Positions 11,932-24,336 of a stretch of 64,000 bases of DNA are shown in pieces. Positions within the stretch are counted from its first letter, which is position 1, and each line of letters opens with the position of its first letter. Origin of the DNA: Haliotis rufescens (Eukaryota); NCBI RefSeq assembly GCF_023055435.1, contig NW_025963868.1, positions 2,914,001 to 2,978,000 of the forward strand, read 5' to 3'. Position numbers and translations under genes: made by a program. The notes below the pieces were generated by a model that worked only from the letters and a program-made list of their open reading frames with translations, ran no database searches and had not been told where the DNA came from.

Positions 11932-12399
11932 AGTTTCCATTTGGGTATCGACGCGTAACAATTAAATCTGTGAACTCATGATGATCTAGTTGTTCCCTTA
12001 GTCCCCACACACGATACATGATAATAGTCTTTATGTCGAGCAATACCTCAGCCTTTGGGGTCTTTTGAGGTACGACCGAGCATGATCTTTCTACGAAGAT
12101 TTCAAAGAACATCATACGACTCTTGCTCAAAAGTTATTTGATCAAGGTTACAGCATTCAAGGCCCTAGTAAAGCTTTCAAAACATTTTATGGTAGACATG
12201 TGGAGGACATTTCCAAATTTGAAGCATCAATAACAAAAATGATGTCTGATGCAAATTGCATATTTTGACTTGTACCAAATGTTTCGGTGTTTTTTGAGGT
12301 GATCAATTGACTTGCATTTGCATATGTTTTTGACGGGTGCCACCGTTAGGGCAGAACAAGCTTACGTCTTTGCAAACACCTGGTAGCATCACTAGCTCG
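11932..12399 (+). mobile_element. Penelope-like retroelement relic (Naiad/Chlamys-type RT C-terminus plus 3' motif)
   Basis: Translates to FMSSN..SAFGVF/LRYDRA*SFYEDFKEHHTTLAQKLFDQGYSIQGPSKAFKTFYGRHVEDISKFEASITKMMSD. This resembles the SNIP..AYGV..LIRYARACS..DF..KL..QGY..F.KFYGRH pattern of these elements. Flanked by a 22-bp direct repeat (11910-11931 and 12400-12421). Confidence 0.8.
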
Positions 12400-12473
12400 C
12401 GTTAGTTTCAAGATTTACAGTGGCAGCCTGTGATAATGAGCCTGGATCAGACAATCCAGTGATCAATATTGTG

Positions 12474-12748
12474 TTTTGTTTGTTTGTTTGTTTGTTGTTT
12501 AATGCCGCACTCACCAATATTCCAGCTATATGACGGTGGTCTGTAAAATAATCGAGTCTGGACCAGACAATCCAGTGATTGACATCATGAGCATCGGTCC
12601 ACGCAATTGGGATCGATGACATGTATCAACCAAGTCAGCGAGCCTGAGCACCCGATCCCGTTAGTCGCCTTTTACGACAAGCATAGTTGCCCTTTACGGC
12701 AAGTATGGGTTGCTAAAGACCTATTCTACCCCGGAATCTTCACGGGTC
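12474..12748 (-). mobile_element. SINE family B, full length, nested in an older B-like copy (~12420-12880)
   Basis: TSD atcaatattgtg. Degenerate B body continues on both sides. Confidence 0.88.
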
Positions 12749-13630
12749 AATCAATATTGTGAGACAAGAATCACTGCGGTCAGGGTACGAGGACACGCAG
12801 TCAACCAAGTCAGTGATGACCTGATCCAATTTTTCGCTTCTAATGACCAGCCCAGGTTGCTGGGGACTTATTCTAATGAAGACACTGACTGCTTCTGCTA
12901 CACTGAAATTGTTGTAAGTCAGGATATCCTCCTGGGCCCCCATCCTACAGCTGACACACAGTGGAGTACAATTTTATTGTGTACAACCTGATTCAAAACA
13001 GATCCAAACCCGAGTGTGACCCTAATCCACTGGGCCACCCTGAAACATTTAAGCTGTGATTACATAGTGGTACCTTGAGTACCGATCACAGTAAGGTGCA
13101 CTCTGAAAGGTACTGACTGGGGACACATGTTTACCACAGCTATTACAGTGAGTGGGTGAATATGGTTTTACGCCGTTTTTAGCAATATTACAGCAATATA
13201 ATACCAGCCTAGTTCGGCAAGGGTGGAAACTGGACTTTTAAAGTCAGTTAACTCACTTGCCTCGGAAAGATGGCAGCCCTGAGACACAGTATGGAAATTC
13301 ACCCATCCCCGAACACTGCAGGCTCTCCTTGTGGACCAGCCGACACTCACTGCCACACGCAAGATGATGAACCACTCACACACTGTACATCACCAATGGC
13401 CTATAACCTATACATCAGAATAAACTGTTCCATCATAGACAAAGGTAATCTGATGCTTGACACCATCAACACAATGAAAGAACACTCTGGCCTCAAGGGA
13501 AGTACTACATCATACTCATGAAAAACATCTAGTCATGTACTTTACCACAGGGGAGACTGAATGTTGTAAACACCACAATCAGTATTATTTCAGTCAAATC
13601 ACGTCACCTAGAAATAATCACGACAGGACC

Positions 13631-13790
13631 AGTGAGTGAGTGAGTGAGTGGTTTGGTTGGGTGTGTGAAAGTGAATGAGAGAGTGAGTGAGAGAGTGAGT
13701 GTGTGTGTGAGAGTGAGTGAGTGAGTGAGTGAGTGTGTGGATGGATGAGTGAGTGAGTGAGTGAGTGAGATAGTGAGTGAGTGAGTGAGA
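13631..13790. repeat. (GAGT)n/(GT)n compound microsatellite
   Basis: Seen directly in the sequence. Confidence 0.9.
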
Positions 13791-15182
13791 GACGCTAGAG
13801 ATGTCCAGCAGTTTCCTGCAATACCCAATATCATAGACAAACGTTAAGTCTGAAAAGGAGCCCCAGTGAGACAGGAAATTCAGAACCTGGGGAAACTCTA
13901 GACTTGTTTTATTTAGAACTATAGCATTACAGTAAGGGCTTGGCAGAAGGGGAAATAATATGGTCCAGAGACTTTGAGACACTCTACCCCACATCACTAC
14001 ACTGCTACCACGAGCATCCCTGAGTTGAAGATGGCTCCCTGCTTCTGATCTACCAAAGGGTCATTCAGTGCAAAGGCTTGCAGGTCTATGTTAAACTACA
14101 GAAGATGTAAGATCATGCCTCTATTTATACACACTAGACATGTGATCCAATATGCTGGAGATATTGCACTGATTACTTTTATATATACGCACAGTACCTG
14201 TTTCAGCATCACATCAAGCCATGTTCCCTCCGCCCATGGTTAGCATGTCCAGTGAGATATACCTCGTAATGACCCCCATGTGTCATGTGACTGGCCAGTG
14301 GTCAAGAGTTATAGCCATTAACTCTATCAACATCCAACTACTGAACCCATGGAGGCTTGGACTGCTTAGCTCTCCTACGTCCAGAGTTAGTGTCTGACAT
14401 GAGACTCAAGAAGCTTCAGACTTGGCTACATGGAGCAAGTCTTCAGGATGATGAGGAAACAGAGGGAGGGCCATAGTCTCTCCATCACTTTCACATACGT
14501 CATCTGTGTTCATTCTACAACGTGGTATTGCCGCATCTATTTCAGTAATGACGCAAGAAATATGACCTACGTGCGCATGATTTCCCAAGCAAGTATATCC
14601 AATACCGTAAGCACAACATGCACCTATAACACAACCTCCTACACTTGCGTCTATTATTCCAGTTTTTAATAACGACACCAATGTTTTGGTGACAGAAAGG
14701 CCCCACCTTGTCCCAGATGGAATTAACACTGCCCACTCCAGATCTATATAAACATTTCCAGTAATGTAGAACTTTCAAGTTCCCACATCTACAGTGTTGT
14801 ACTAAAGGCTTCAATACTGACACTCCAGTATGATGGGAGAAGGAGCTTCATGACCATAAGCAGCTGTCTAGATGGAATGTGTTTACGCAAAATACATCTT
14901 GTCAAAAGTGTGTGAACACATGCTCCCATAAACCATTAATGTAGGTAGCTTCCAACATAGGAACACTGTCACACAGGTGACTAACCACTTGTAAAATCTC
15001 CTTCTGTCAAGTAAACTTGACTAACAACATACAACATGTACACCATGTTTACTGAAAAAGACTCCAAAACACAACTTTGGACTGGTAAACTCAAAAGTCA
15101 TTGACATACTTTGTACCTACCTTTGACAATTCTATGAATTCAGTCAAATAGTCATATCACTCCTACATGAATAAGGAAACGC

Positions 15183-15437
15183 AACAGCAGAAACTAACAT
15201 TTTTAGTCCACCAGTCCTTATGATGATAACATATAGCAAAACCCTTAAAAATGGCAAATTTCTACTAGTCCTTATGATGCCTTAACTATTGGGCAGTTTG
15301 GCAAGGACAATAGGACTAGTGCCAATTTCTAATGCTGCAAAGCCCTTAAAAATAGTAAATTTCTACTAGTCCATATGATACCTTAACTATTGGGCAGTTT
15401 GTCAAGGACTACAGGACTAGTGCACGTTTCTAACACT
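15183..15437 (-). mobile_element. Family F MITE plus partial tandem duplicate
   Basis: Inverted match to 8772-8926. A second partial unit spans 15338-15437. Confidence 0.8.
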
Positions 15438-16816
15438 TTATGGATAGCAACTTCTGGTTTATTGCATATAGCAACATTTCGATGTAGATTCTTACACTGT
15501 TATCCATAAAGTTGCCGTCTGCTTATTTACTCACCAACTTCTAGAATGCCAATCAAACGGTTACTCCATGCAAGGGTTGTGTGAAGACACAGTGTGAAGA
15601 CTCAGTGTGAAGACTCAGTAGCTTGTTGTCCCTAGAACCCTTCCTGTGCCTGCTCCACAGTGGGAGTCGTCAACATGCATCACTCCACATGGTCACAACT
15701 AGTGGGCTAACAGGGAAACTGCTCTCCAGTGAAGAAATAATGTAGCCTTGTGACCATAACCCCGGCTGTTGTAAACGAGAGTTATAGTATAGTCTATATC
15801 TCCCTGTGAGGCAGGCATGCCCAGTGTGTGATGAACCATGTATTATAGGGTTATACCCACACATAATGCATTGTGTCATGTAGCCAGTGTCAAGTACACC
15901 AGCCACATGTGGCCAGTGGATTAACCGTGGTTGTCTACAACTGACTTGACAGACGTTCATGTAACAGGGCTCAGGCCTGAGCACCGAACTGAGTGCAAGG
16001 GGTTCATCAAAACATCAACTGAGTGGAGTTTCTCCCCATGAAGCTGACCCTCAAGTAGACTATAACTGCCTGTACACTACGTACATGAGACTAACACTTA
16101 GTCAATGAAAACATGTCTTTAAAATGATAAAAAAAAAATCTTCGAAAGAACCTTTCCTCTTCTGCTGTTTATTATATCAAGCAAACTAGACTTGGTTATT
16201 TTGATCTAGACTTGCCTAGGCTTTAAGTAAAAAAACAAATACCTAAAAAATATAAATTCCACAGTTATGGTGCAAGACTATATGTACATGTACAGTCTGC
16301 GACTATTCCAACCAACAAACAAGGAGTAAAATCTACTGAAAAGAAATGCGTTTGTTTGTTGTTTAACGGCGCACTCAGCTATATTCCAACTATATGACAG
16401 CATTCTGTAAATAAATTCAGTAAATTGTCTGAACAAGACAAGTTAGTGATGACATCATGAACATCGATCTACGCATTGGGGATACTATGACATGCATCAA
16501 GCAAGTCAGATGTGAGGCTGTGAGAGATGTGAGAGTTGCATCGTTCTTCCTGGCCACCATCCAGCTAAGTACTCACAGGCGCCATCTCCCACTGTCCTAC
16601 TCAGACAATACGAACAAGAGACCTCTTGAACAAGTCTTGTACATGTCCAGGGTTTGACAACAGGACCACTGCCACAGAAACATCACTAGTCAGGCAGAAA
16701 ATGTGTCTAGATAACTGACAACAGATTTTTCACACATTCACCAAAAGAAGAAACAAAATCACCTGCCTGACCTCAAATATTTTCACAGGCTTGTCAAATT
16801 GATTTCAAAGATACTG

Positions 16817-17169
16817 GACCGCCTCCGTTGTCTAATGGTAGAGCGTCCGCCCGGAGAGCGGAAGGTCCGGGGTTCAATCCCCAGCCGCGTCATACCAAAA
16901 GACGTTAAAAGATGGTACTTGTTGTTACCCTGTCTGGCACTCGGCATTAAGGAGCTAGAACAAGGACTGGTCGGCTCGGAGTCAGTATACTGTGTCTGAG
17001 TGGGGTATTCATGTTAAACTGCGGCATGGTATCTCAGTGTGCTCGCACTATAAATCGGCATCAGTCCGGACTAATACAAGCAGCCACACACACACACGTG
17101 CATGCTCGTCACTATATAAGTGTAATCATCTTGGACGCAATGTTAAACCCCATTTCACCTCACCTCACC
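16817..17169 (+). mobile_element. SINE family C (tRNA-like head plus Meta/MESC-like central domain)
   Basis: A/B boxes, central domain gtcataccaaaagacgttaaaagatggtac..ggcattaagg, (cacct)n tail, TSD tcaaag[a/t]tactg. Confidence 0.88.
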
Positions 17170-17314
17170 TCAAAGTTACTGAAGTGTTGGTCCAGTGTGT
17201 CTGTAAAGCCTAAGTCACAACCAGGTATATGGCAACCCTTGTGGAGAAACTGACCACATTACTTCACTCCAGGGACGTACTCTGTACTGTCGTCTTGTTG
17301 TCTCTTTCTGCCCA

Positions 17315-17480
17315 GGGCGGTCTGGTAGCCTAGTGGTTAAAGCATTCGCTCATCACGCTGAAGACCCGGGTTCGATTCCCAACATGGGTACAATGTGTGA
17401 AGCCCATTTCTGGTGTCACCCCGCCCTGATATTGCTGGAATATTGCTAAAAGCGGCGTAAAACCATATTCACTCACTCAC
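17315..17480 (+). mobile_element. SINE family A (tRNA-Asp-like head, ~165 bp)
   Basis: A box tagcctagtggtt, B box ggttcgattccc, (actc)n tail, TSD tctt[t/a]ctgccca. Confidence 0.9.
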
Positions 17481-17567
17481 TCTTACTGCCCAAAATGTAA
17501 CATCTAATTTCTACGACATAGACAGTTGTCCTTGATGGCAAGCTTGAACAAGTACCTACACCACTGC

Positions 17568-17836
17568 TGGTTGGTTGGTTGGTTTGTTGGTTAACGCCGC
17601 ACTTAGCAATATTCCAGCTATATGACGGCGGTCTGTAAATAATCGAGTCTGGATCAGACAATCCGGTGATTGATATCATGAGCATCGATCTACGTCATTG
17701 GGATACGATGACATGTTTCAACTAAGTCAGCGAGCCTGACCACCCGATCCCGTTAGTCACCTCTCACAAGTATAGTCGCCTTTTACGGCAAGCATTGGTT
17801 TCTGAAGACCTATTCTACCCCGGATCTTCACGGGTC
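17568..17836 (-). mobile_element. SINE family B, full length
   Basis: Matches the B consensus, with 5' end gacccgtgaag. Confidence 0.88.
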
Positions 17837-17995
17837 CTGACTGCAAGAGATGACAGACAGACTGTACACCATGTTTTACTGACAACATCACTCAGCACTG
17901 TACACGATGGAGCCATCAGAGAGAGTGACTCACAGAGGGATGTGGGGGGATGTGGGAGTCACACACAGCAGCCTCATTAACCCACATTTACTCAC

Positions 17996-18052
17996 AATGG
18001 AACAAACATCTAGTGCAGTTCGGTGTGTGGATGCTGGCATTGGATAAAACAT
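17996..18052 (-). CDS. Candidate alternative first exon (MFYPMPASTHRTALDVCSI)
   Basis: Two in-frame ATGs, 57 nt, donor ATT|GTGAGT. Phase 0 fits the 583 acceptor. Confidence 0.3.
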
Positions 18053-18539
18053 GCTTCTTGATTCTATGATCCATGTGGTTGCTTTGAACAATATTTCAGT
18101 TGTATCATGACATGTAAGTTGGGTATAGGAGTGAGTGAGTGAGTGAGTGAGTTGGGTTTAACGCCACTTTTAACAGTATTCCAGTTATATCACGGTGAAA
18201 GTGAGACTACAAGTAACAGAGATCTGAACTGGGTGAACCTGTGGTTTGAACCTGGACAGCAAACTGTGGCCTGACAATGGCCTGACAAAAACCTCAACAG
18301 CAAAACTGGCAGGACACAAATACTGCATAAACCTCACAGTAAACTGTGTCGCCCTCCTGGGGTAGAATGAGTCATAGTGTAGGAGCTCAAAGTTTCAGGA
18401 TCATATGTAGGGCAAATCCAAGATCAGAACATTTGATCATCAGATCCTGACAGTGACAAGGTACATAACTCTGCACAGTAAAACACCTGGGACTACTGAG
18501 CTACCATACAGCAATGGAAGAATGTCTACTGCAGAGTAA

Positions 18540-18747
18540 TAAGGGTAGATGAATATTGCAGAGAGGCAAGGGTAGATGAATATTGCAGAGAGGCAAGGGT
18601 AGATAAATATTGCAGAGAGGCAAGGGTAGATGTACATTGTAGTGAGGCAAGGGTAGATGAATATTGCAGAGAGGCAAGGGTAGATAAATATTGCAGAGAG
18701 GCAAGGGTAGATGTACATTGTAGTGAGGCAAGGGTAGATGAATATTG
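18540..18747. repeat. 27-bp minisatellite (ggcaagggtagatgaatattgcagaga), ~8 copies
   Basis: Seen directly; variant units recur at 81-bp spacing. Confidence 0.92.
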
Positions 18748-19160
18748 TATGTTCAGGATATGTGGCCAGTTCTGACAGACCACCCAAACAGTCAGCCTGG
18801 CGGTTGGCACAGTAAATGTTAGTGTTAACAACTGTCTAACTCCACCAGCACAGCCATTAATTCAGGTGTGGCCGCATCCACAGACATTAACACTGATACA
18901 AGGAGAAACCAGATTGCTGGAACAATATTGCCATATAATTAGCCCCAATCCAATTTCATCCTGACATGGTCGTTCAGCAAGCAAATATATCCATGACTGG
19001 AAACTGGTTCAAGTTACAAACCTTAAAAGACAATGTTCCTTGGGCTGTTAATGGAGGCAACCAAAGGAGATTTTAGGTCATTTTCAGAACGTGTAATTTA
19101 AGATTGTAACATTACAAAATCAGCAAAGACCAACCATCTGAAACCATATTTCTCAAAGGG

Positions 19161-19518
19161 TGGTGAGTTGAGGTGAAATGGGGTCTAACGTCGCGTCCAA
19201 GATTATTGCACTTATATAGCGATGTGCATGTACGTGTGTGTGTTTGTGTGGCTGCTTGTACTAGTCCGGACTGATGCCGATTTATAGTGCTAGCTCACTG
19301 AGATACCATGCCGCAGTTTAACATGAATATCCCACTCAGACACAGTATACTGACTCCGAGCCGACCAGACCTTGTATTAGCCCCTTAATGCCGAGTGCCA
19401 GACAGGGTAACAACAAGTACCATCTTTTAACATCTTTTGGTATGACGCGGCTGGTGATCAAACCCCGGACCTTCCGCTCTCCGGGCGGACGCTCTACCAC
19501 TAGACCACGGAGGCGGTC
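19161..19518 (-). mobile_element. SINE family C
   Basis: Inverted match to the 16817 copy. TSD tttctcaaaggg. Confidence 0.9.
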
Positions 19519-19603
19519 TTTCTCAAAGGGAATTTGATACTGCACATATAGGAAACTAGAACATTGGTGCAAAAACAAAACCCCACACACATCCAATAGA
19601 AAG

Positions 19604-19755
19604 CAGCGTTAGAAATTGGCACTAGTCCTGTAGTCCTTGCTAAACTGCCCAATAGTTAAGGTATCATAAGGACTAGTAGAAATTTGCCATTTTTAATTGG
19701 TTTGCTATATGTTATCATTATCAGGACTAGTGGGCTAAAACTGTTTCTACGACTG
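19604..19755 (+). mobile_element. Family F MITE
   Basis: cagcgttagaaa...tttctacgactg with exact 5-bp TSD gaaag. Confidence 0.88.
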
Positions 19756-19935
19756 GAAAGGCAGGCCATCCAGAGCTCTTTGAGGAGTTTCAACATATGA
19801 TAGGATTGTCAGTTCCTGTTATCTCAAGCAAGTTGAAATATTTCCACAGTTCCACACTCCATCTCTATACTAGAATTACTACACATCCATGGACTTTTCT
19901 TTCAGCATAGCCGAGGAGCAAGGCGAAAAATAGTG

Positions 19936-20135
19936 CAGACTTGTCTAAGTCTCTAAGGCAATTATTATTACTTTAAATCATTTCCAGACTACCGGGGATA
20001 ATATAAAATAAGAACAAGTTGTCCCTACAAGAGACACGCATCCTTACTGTCAGCTTATCTCGACTTGCCTATTAGAAAGATAAAATTACTATACAAGCAT
20101 GGACTTATCATTCAGTACAGCCTTGAGCAAGGCTA
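19936..20135 (+). mobile_element. Family E element
   Basis: cagacttgtctaagtct...cagccttgagcaaggcta. Confidence 0.8.
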
Positions 20136-20555
20136 GGATTCCTGAGGCAGGTCCTATTACTAGGAAAACCACTCATTGACTGGTATCATTGTCCCTGATG
20201 TCAACCACGAACCTGCCTGGCATCAAGCCACCATGACTTATCCAGAACTGAAAACTACTGCATAAAACAACCTTACTCATTATATGTTATTTCAAGTTTC
20301 CCCCAAATAGCCCCAGTTGTTCTATTGGTCATGTAGTGGGTCTAATGTACAATAAATGATCTTATCTTATCGTACAGCGACAAGACCAGTCATTACACTG
20401 TCCATCCATTCTGCTACAGCAAGGATTGGTCAGCCTTGGTTTGATGGTGGTTTTCTCCACTGAGAGATGGTATCCAGGACCATCACAATCTGCTTTATTG
20501 TGTGTTTATTGTGTGTTTATTGTGTGACAGGCTGTGCTGATAGTTTCATTGTCTG

Positions 20556-20805
20556 CGAAGATCCGGGGTAGACAGGAACCCATGCTTGCTGTAAAAGGCG
20601 ACTATGCTTGTCGTAAAAGGCAACTAACGGAATCGGGTGGTCAGGCTCGCTGACTTGGTTGATGCACGTCATCGATCCCAATAGTGTGGATCGATGCTCA
20701 TGATATCAATCACTGGATTGTCTGGTCCACACTCAATTATTTACAGACAGCTGTCATATAGCTGGAATATTGCTGAGTGCCGAGTTAAACAAACAAACAA
20801 ACAAA
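20556..20805 (+). mobile_element. SINE family B
   Basis: TSD tgatagtttcatt and (aaac)n tail. Confidence 0.88.
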
Positions 20806-20959
20806 TGATAGTTTCATTATTAACTCTGGAGGTGTGAGGCCATCATGGCCACCCCACACCCTGATATTCCCACTGTCATCACATCCCTCCCATCTAGTCT
20901 ACAGAAGTGTTGTGCTGTACTGATATACAAGCTGTATGAATGCCCCTAAATTGTGTACT

Positions 20960-21217
20960 GAGTGAGTGAGTGAGTTGGGTTTAACACCACTTATAACAGT
21001 ATTCCAGTTATATCATGGCGTGTCAGCTTAATGTGCGAGGAAAACCCGAAGTGATGCAGGTCTCAGACGAGTGTGGGTATGGTTCTGAAAAACCTAGAAA
21101 CATATCGGGATGAATCGGGATTCGAACCTACAATCATAGGTTTCTGGCGTACCCAAGGGGGGCAACTCTGCACAGCGAATCCCTTCGCCTAAGACAACTG
21201 GGCCACCTGTGCCCCCC
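20960..21217 (-). mobile_element. SINE family D (tRNA-Leu-like head, V-domain-like core)
   Basis: Matches the 63250 copy. TSD cctaaa[t/a]tgtg[t/c]actg. Confidence 0.85.
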
Positions 21218-21914
21218 TAAAATGTGCACTGCATCCCACTGACTGCACTATGTCAGTAGCAGTGTTGGAAACAAGGGGGAGACCGGGGTCTTCGAGGTCT
21301 TCTCCTGTAGTTTTTGAACCTAGAAACCCCTTAAATATTTAACATTAGGACCTCTGGATCACTGTGAAGTCTTTGAATCATGCAACATTTTCAAAGTTAA
21401 TGAGCAAATTATGTAAATACGGACAAGAATTGTTGGCAACATATTTCTTGAGAAAGTTCATATATATGCAAAAGCAGAGGTCCTTGCAACAATTGTTTTT
21501 TGTGTTGTTTAATGCCGCACTCAGTAATATTCTAGATACATGATGGCAGCCTGTAAACAATAAAGTCTGGACCAGACAATATAGTGACTGATATCATGAG
21601 CATTGTTCTAAACAACATGGATACGATGACATGCATCACCGAAGTCAACCTGGCCATCCAATCTGGTCAGTTGCCTTTTATGAGCTTGGGTTGTGATGGG
21701 CATTGGGAAATATTTGTCTGTTTCTTTGTGTATGACATTGTGACAGTATGTGATATATGTCGTAACCCCCAGCAGGAAATAGTGTAGTGTTACATTGGTG
21801 TAGTGTTACATTGCTGTAGTGTTCTAGCTGGGAGTCACCATGAGCTATATATCCACCGTATCACTAGGCTCAGACTAGTGGACTAGTGGACTAGTGACTG
21901 TGTGTGACACTCAC

Positions 21915-22008
21915 CTTGGCATAGTACTGGCTGGCTCCGCCCTCGGAGCGGATGGTGCCGGCACTTGACTTGCGCTGCGGAGCATCTTCTTCTGTTAGTG
22001 GCACATTT
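21915..22008 (-). CDS. Internal coding exon (R-NVPLTEEDAPQRKSSAGTIRSEGGASQYYAK)
   Basis: Acceptor tttgtttgacAG and donor AAG|GTGAGT. 94 nt, phase 2 in and phase 0 out, open frame, GC-rich, and compatible with both neighbouring exons. Confidence 0.85.
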
Positions 22009-22227
22009 CTGTCAAACAAAGAGTCAAGAATAAAATGACCATCACGCCATCCACCAGTAACACCAAAGGATCAGGTCAATCAAATATAGGTCAAATATCA
22101 GTCAAATATCAGTCAAATGTCACAGACTCAGGCATAGATCAATATACAGATCAATTGTGACAAAATATTGCAGTTTGAAATTACTGTGTGCTGAAACATG
22201 TTCAGAGCAGTGCAGCCAAGCTGTGCG

Positions 22228-22474
22228 TGTTTGTTGTTTAACGCCGCACTCAGCAATATTCTAGCTATATGACAGTGATCTGTAAATAATTAAGTCTGGA
22301 CCAGACAATCAAGTCATTGACATCATGAGCATCAATCTATGCAATTGGGATACGATGACATGCATCAACATGTCAGCGAGCCTGACCACCCAATCCTCTT
22401 TCGACAAGCACAGTCGCCTTTTACGACAAGCATGGGATGCTGAAGACCTATTCTAACCTGGATCTTCACGGGTT
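22228..22474 (-). mobile_element. SINE family B
   Basis: Near full-length match to the family. Confidence 0.85.
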
Positions 22475-23340
22475 GCCAAGCCACAACAGTTGATGAGAAT
22501 GTATTTTCTCTTCAAGATGCTTATTTGTTACTACTGAACGATACACGAGTCAACATGAATTCAAAAGAGTTAACTAATTCCTTCATCAGTCATATACAGG
22601 AGATGTACAACACCGGGCATGCAGGCATAAAACAAGGCCACAAAGGAAACACTTCCTACAATAAACTGAAAGACAAAACAAAAAAGTGCCAAATTCAATT
22701 TGATTTGGAGATTAACTCCCCAATGTGCTGCAATCTGAATGAAACGTCTGGCAGAAGATGGAGATCTGTGTTGAAGACCTCATTCCATCAGTCAGACCAG
22801 GCAGGCATCGATTCCACGGAAACTCACGACAATAGCAGACACTAGCAGATTAGTGACATTAAATGTTGATTAAAGAGGAAGGACTTTCACAGGCTCACCG
22901 GTTGAGGGAGGTGTGTTTGCTCAAATGTTTTTCAACAGGTAGGGCAGAAACATGGCAGTTAATGAACATACCATGTGTTTATGTACCTAAACTTGCACAA
23001 ATGTTCAAGGAAATAATTATTAGCTTAAATCATCATTTCTAGATTATGTAAATGAATAAGAATAAGTTGTCCTTATAAGAGACTGGAGTCCTTACTGTCC
23101 ACATATCTTGACTTGCCTAATATATAACATATCTTAGGAGGCCTAATATTCCAGCTCTGTAAATAAACAAATCTAGACTAGACAATCCAGTGATTGACAT
23201 CATGAGCATGGATCTATCTACTGGGATACGATGACATGCATGAACCAAGTCGGCGAGCCTGACCGCCTGATCCCGTTAGTCCAAAGTACAACATGGCGCT
23301 GACGGATCAAGAATCATTGGTTCACCTTCAGATAAAAACC

Positions 23341-23567
23341 GGGGGCACTGGTGGCCCAGTCGTCTAAGGCGCCGCGGTTCACTGTGCAGAGTTGCGTCCC
23401 TTGAACACGCCAGAAACCTATGATTGTGGGTTCGAATCCTGGTTCGCCCTGATTATGTTTCTAGGTTTGTCAGCACCATACCAGTGCTCGTGGGTTTCAC
23501 CGAAGTGGTAAACATCTGAGACCTGCATCACTTCAGGCTTTCCTCCCACATTAAGCTGACACGCCGT
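23341..23567 (+). mobile_element. SINE family D, tail lost
   Basis: Head gggggcactggtggcccagtcgtctaaggcg and core gtgggtttc..tttcctcccaca. Confidence 0.85.
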
Positions 23568-24084
23568 GTACTTGAGTTACACTCTTGCAGTCAGGGAACA
23601 TGCGCAGCCTTCACATCTTGTGCCCTTGTGTCATCAGCCAGTTAAACCTCAAGGACACTGGCTGTTTTCTTCTCATGAAACTTCCATCAATTTCAAAATA
23701 TACATGACAGCCATATCCTTCTCAACACCCAGCAATCAAAACCTCCAGGAACATACACTACACTGATATGTGCAAGTGCTATCTCAGCTTGTATAGGCAT
23801 GCAGGGCATTGATATACCGGCTAGGAACACTCATATACTCGTCTAAGCCTTCCCTATATCAATCTGGGTTTATAAATATCTGAAACCTGTTTTTAGTTAA
23901 ATGTGACAAGGTGCTAGTTGTATGTAGTTCTCTCTTGGAGAATACACGCAATACTCATGGACACTGAAATGCTGATATTCTTGTTAATTCATTCATCAGT
24001 CTATCGCGGTTTATAAATATCTGAAGCCTGAACACATGTTCCTCGGTGATAATTCTGTCTGTTTGTCTGAATATTGCCTAGAGC

Positions 24085-24336
24085 TTGTTTGTTTGTTGTT
24101 AAACGCTGCACTCAGCAATATTCCAGCTATATGAAGGCAGTCTGTAAATAATTGAGTCTGGACCAGACAATCCAGTGATTGACATCATGAACATCGAACT
24201 ACGCAATTGGGATACGATGAGTGTCAGTGAGTCTGACCACCCGATCCCGTCAGTAGCCTCTTACGACAAGCATAGTCACCTTTTATGTCAAGAATAGGCT
24301 GCTGAAGACCTATTTTACCCCAGATCTTCACGGGTC
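24085..24336 (-). mobile_element. SINE family B, full length
   Basis: TSD cctagagcttgt. Confidence 0.9.
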
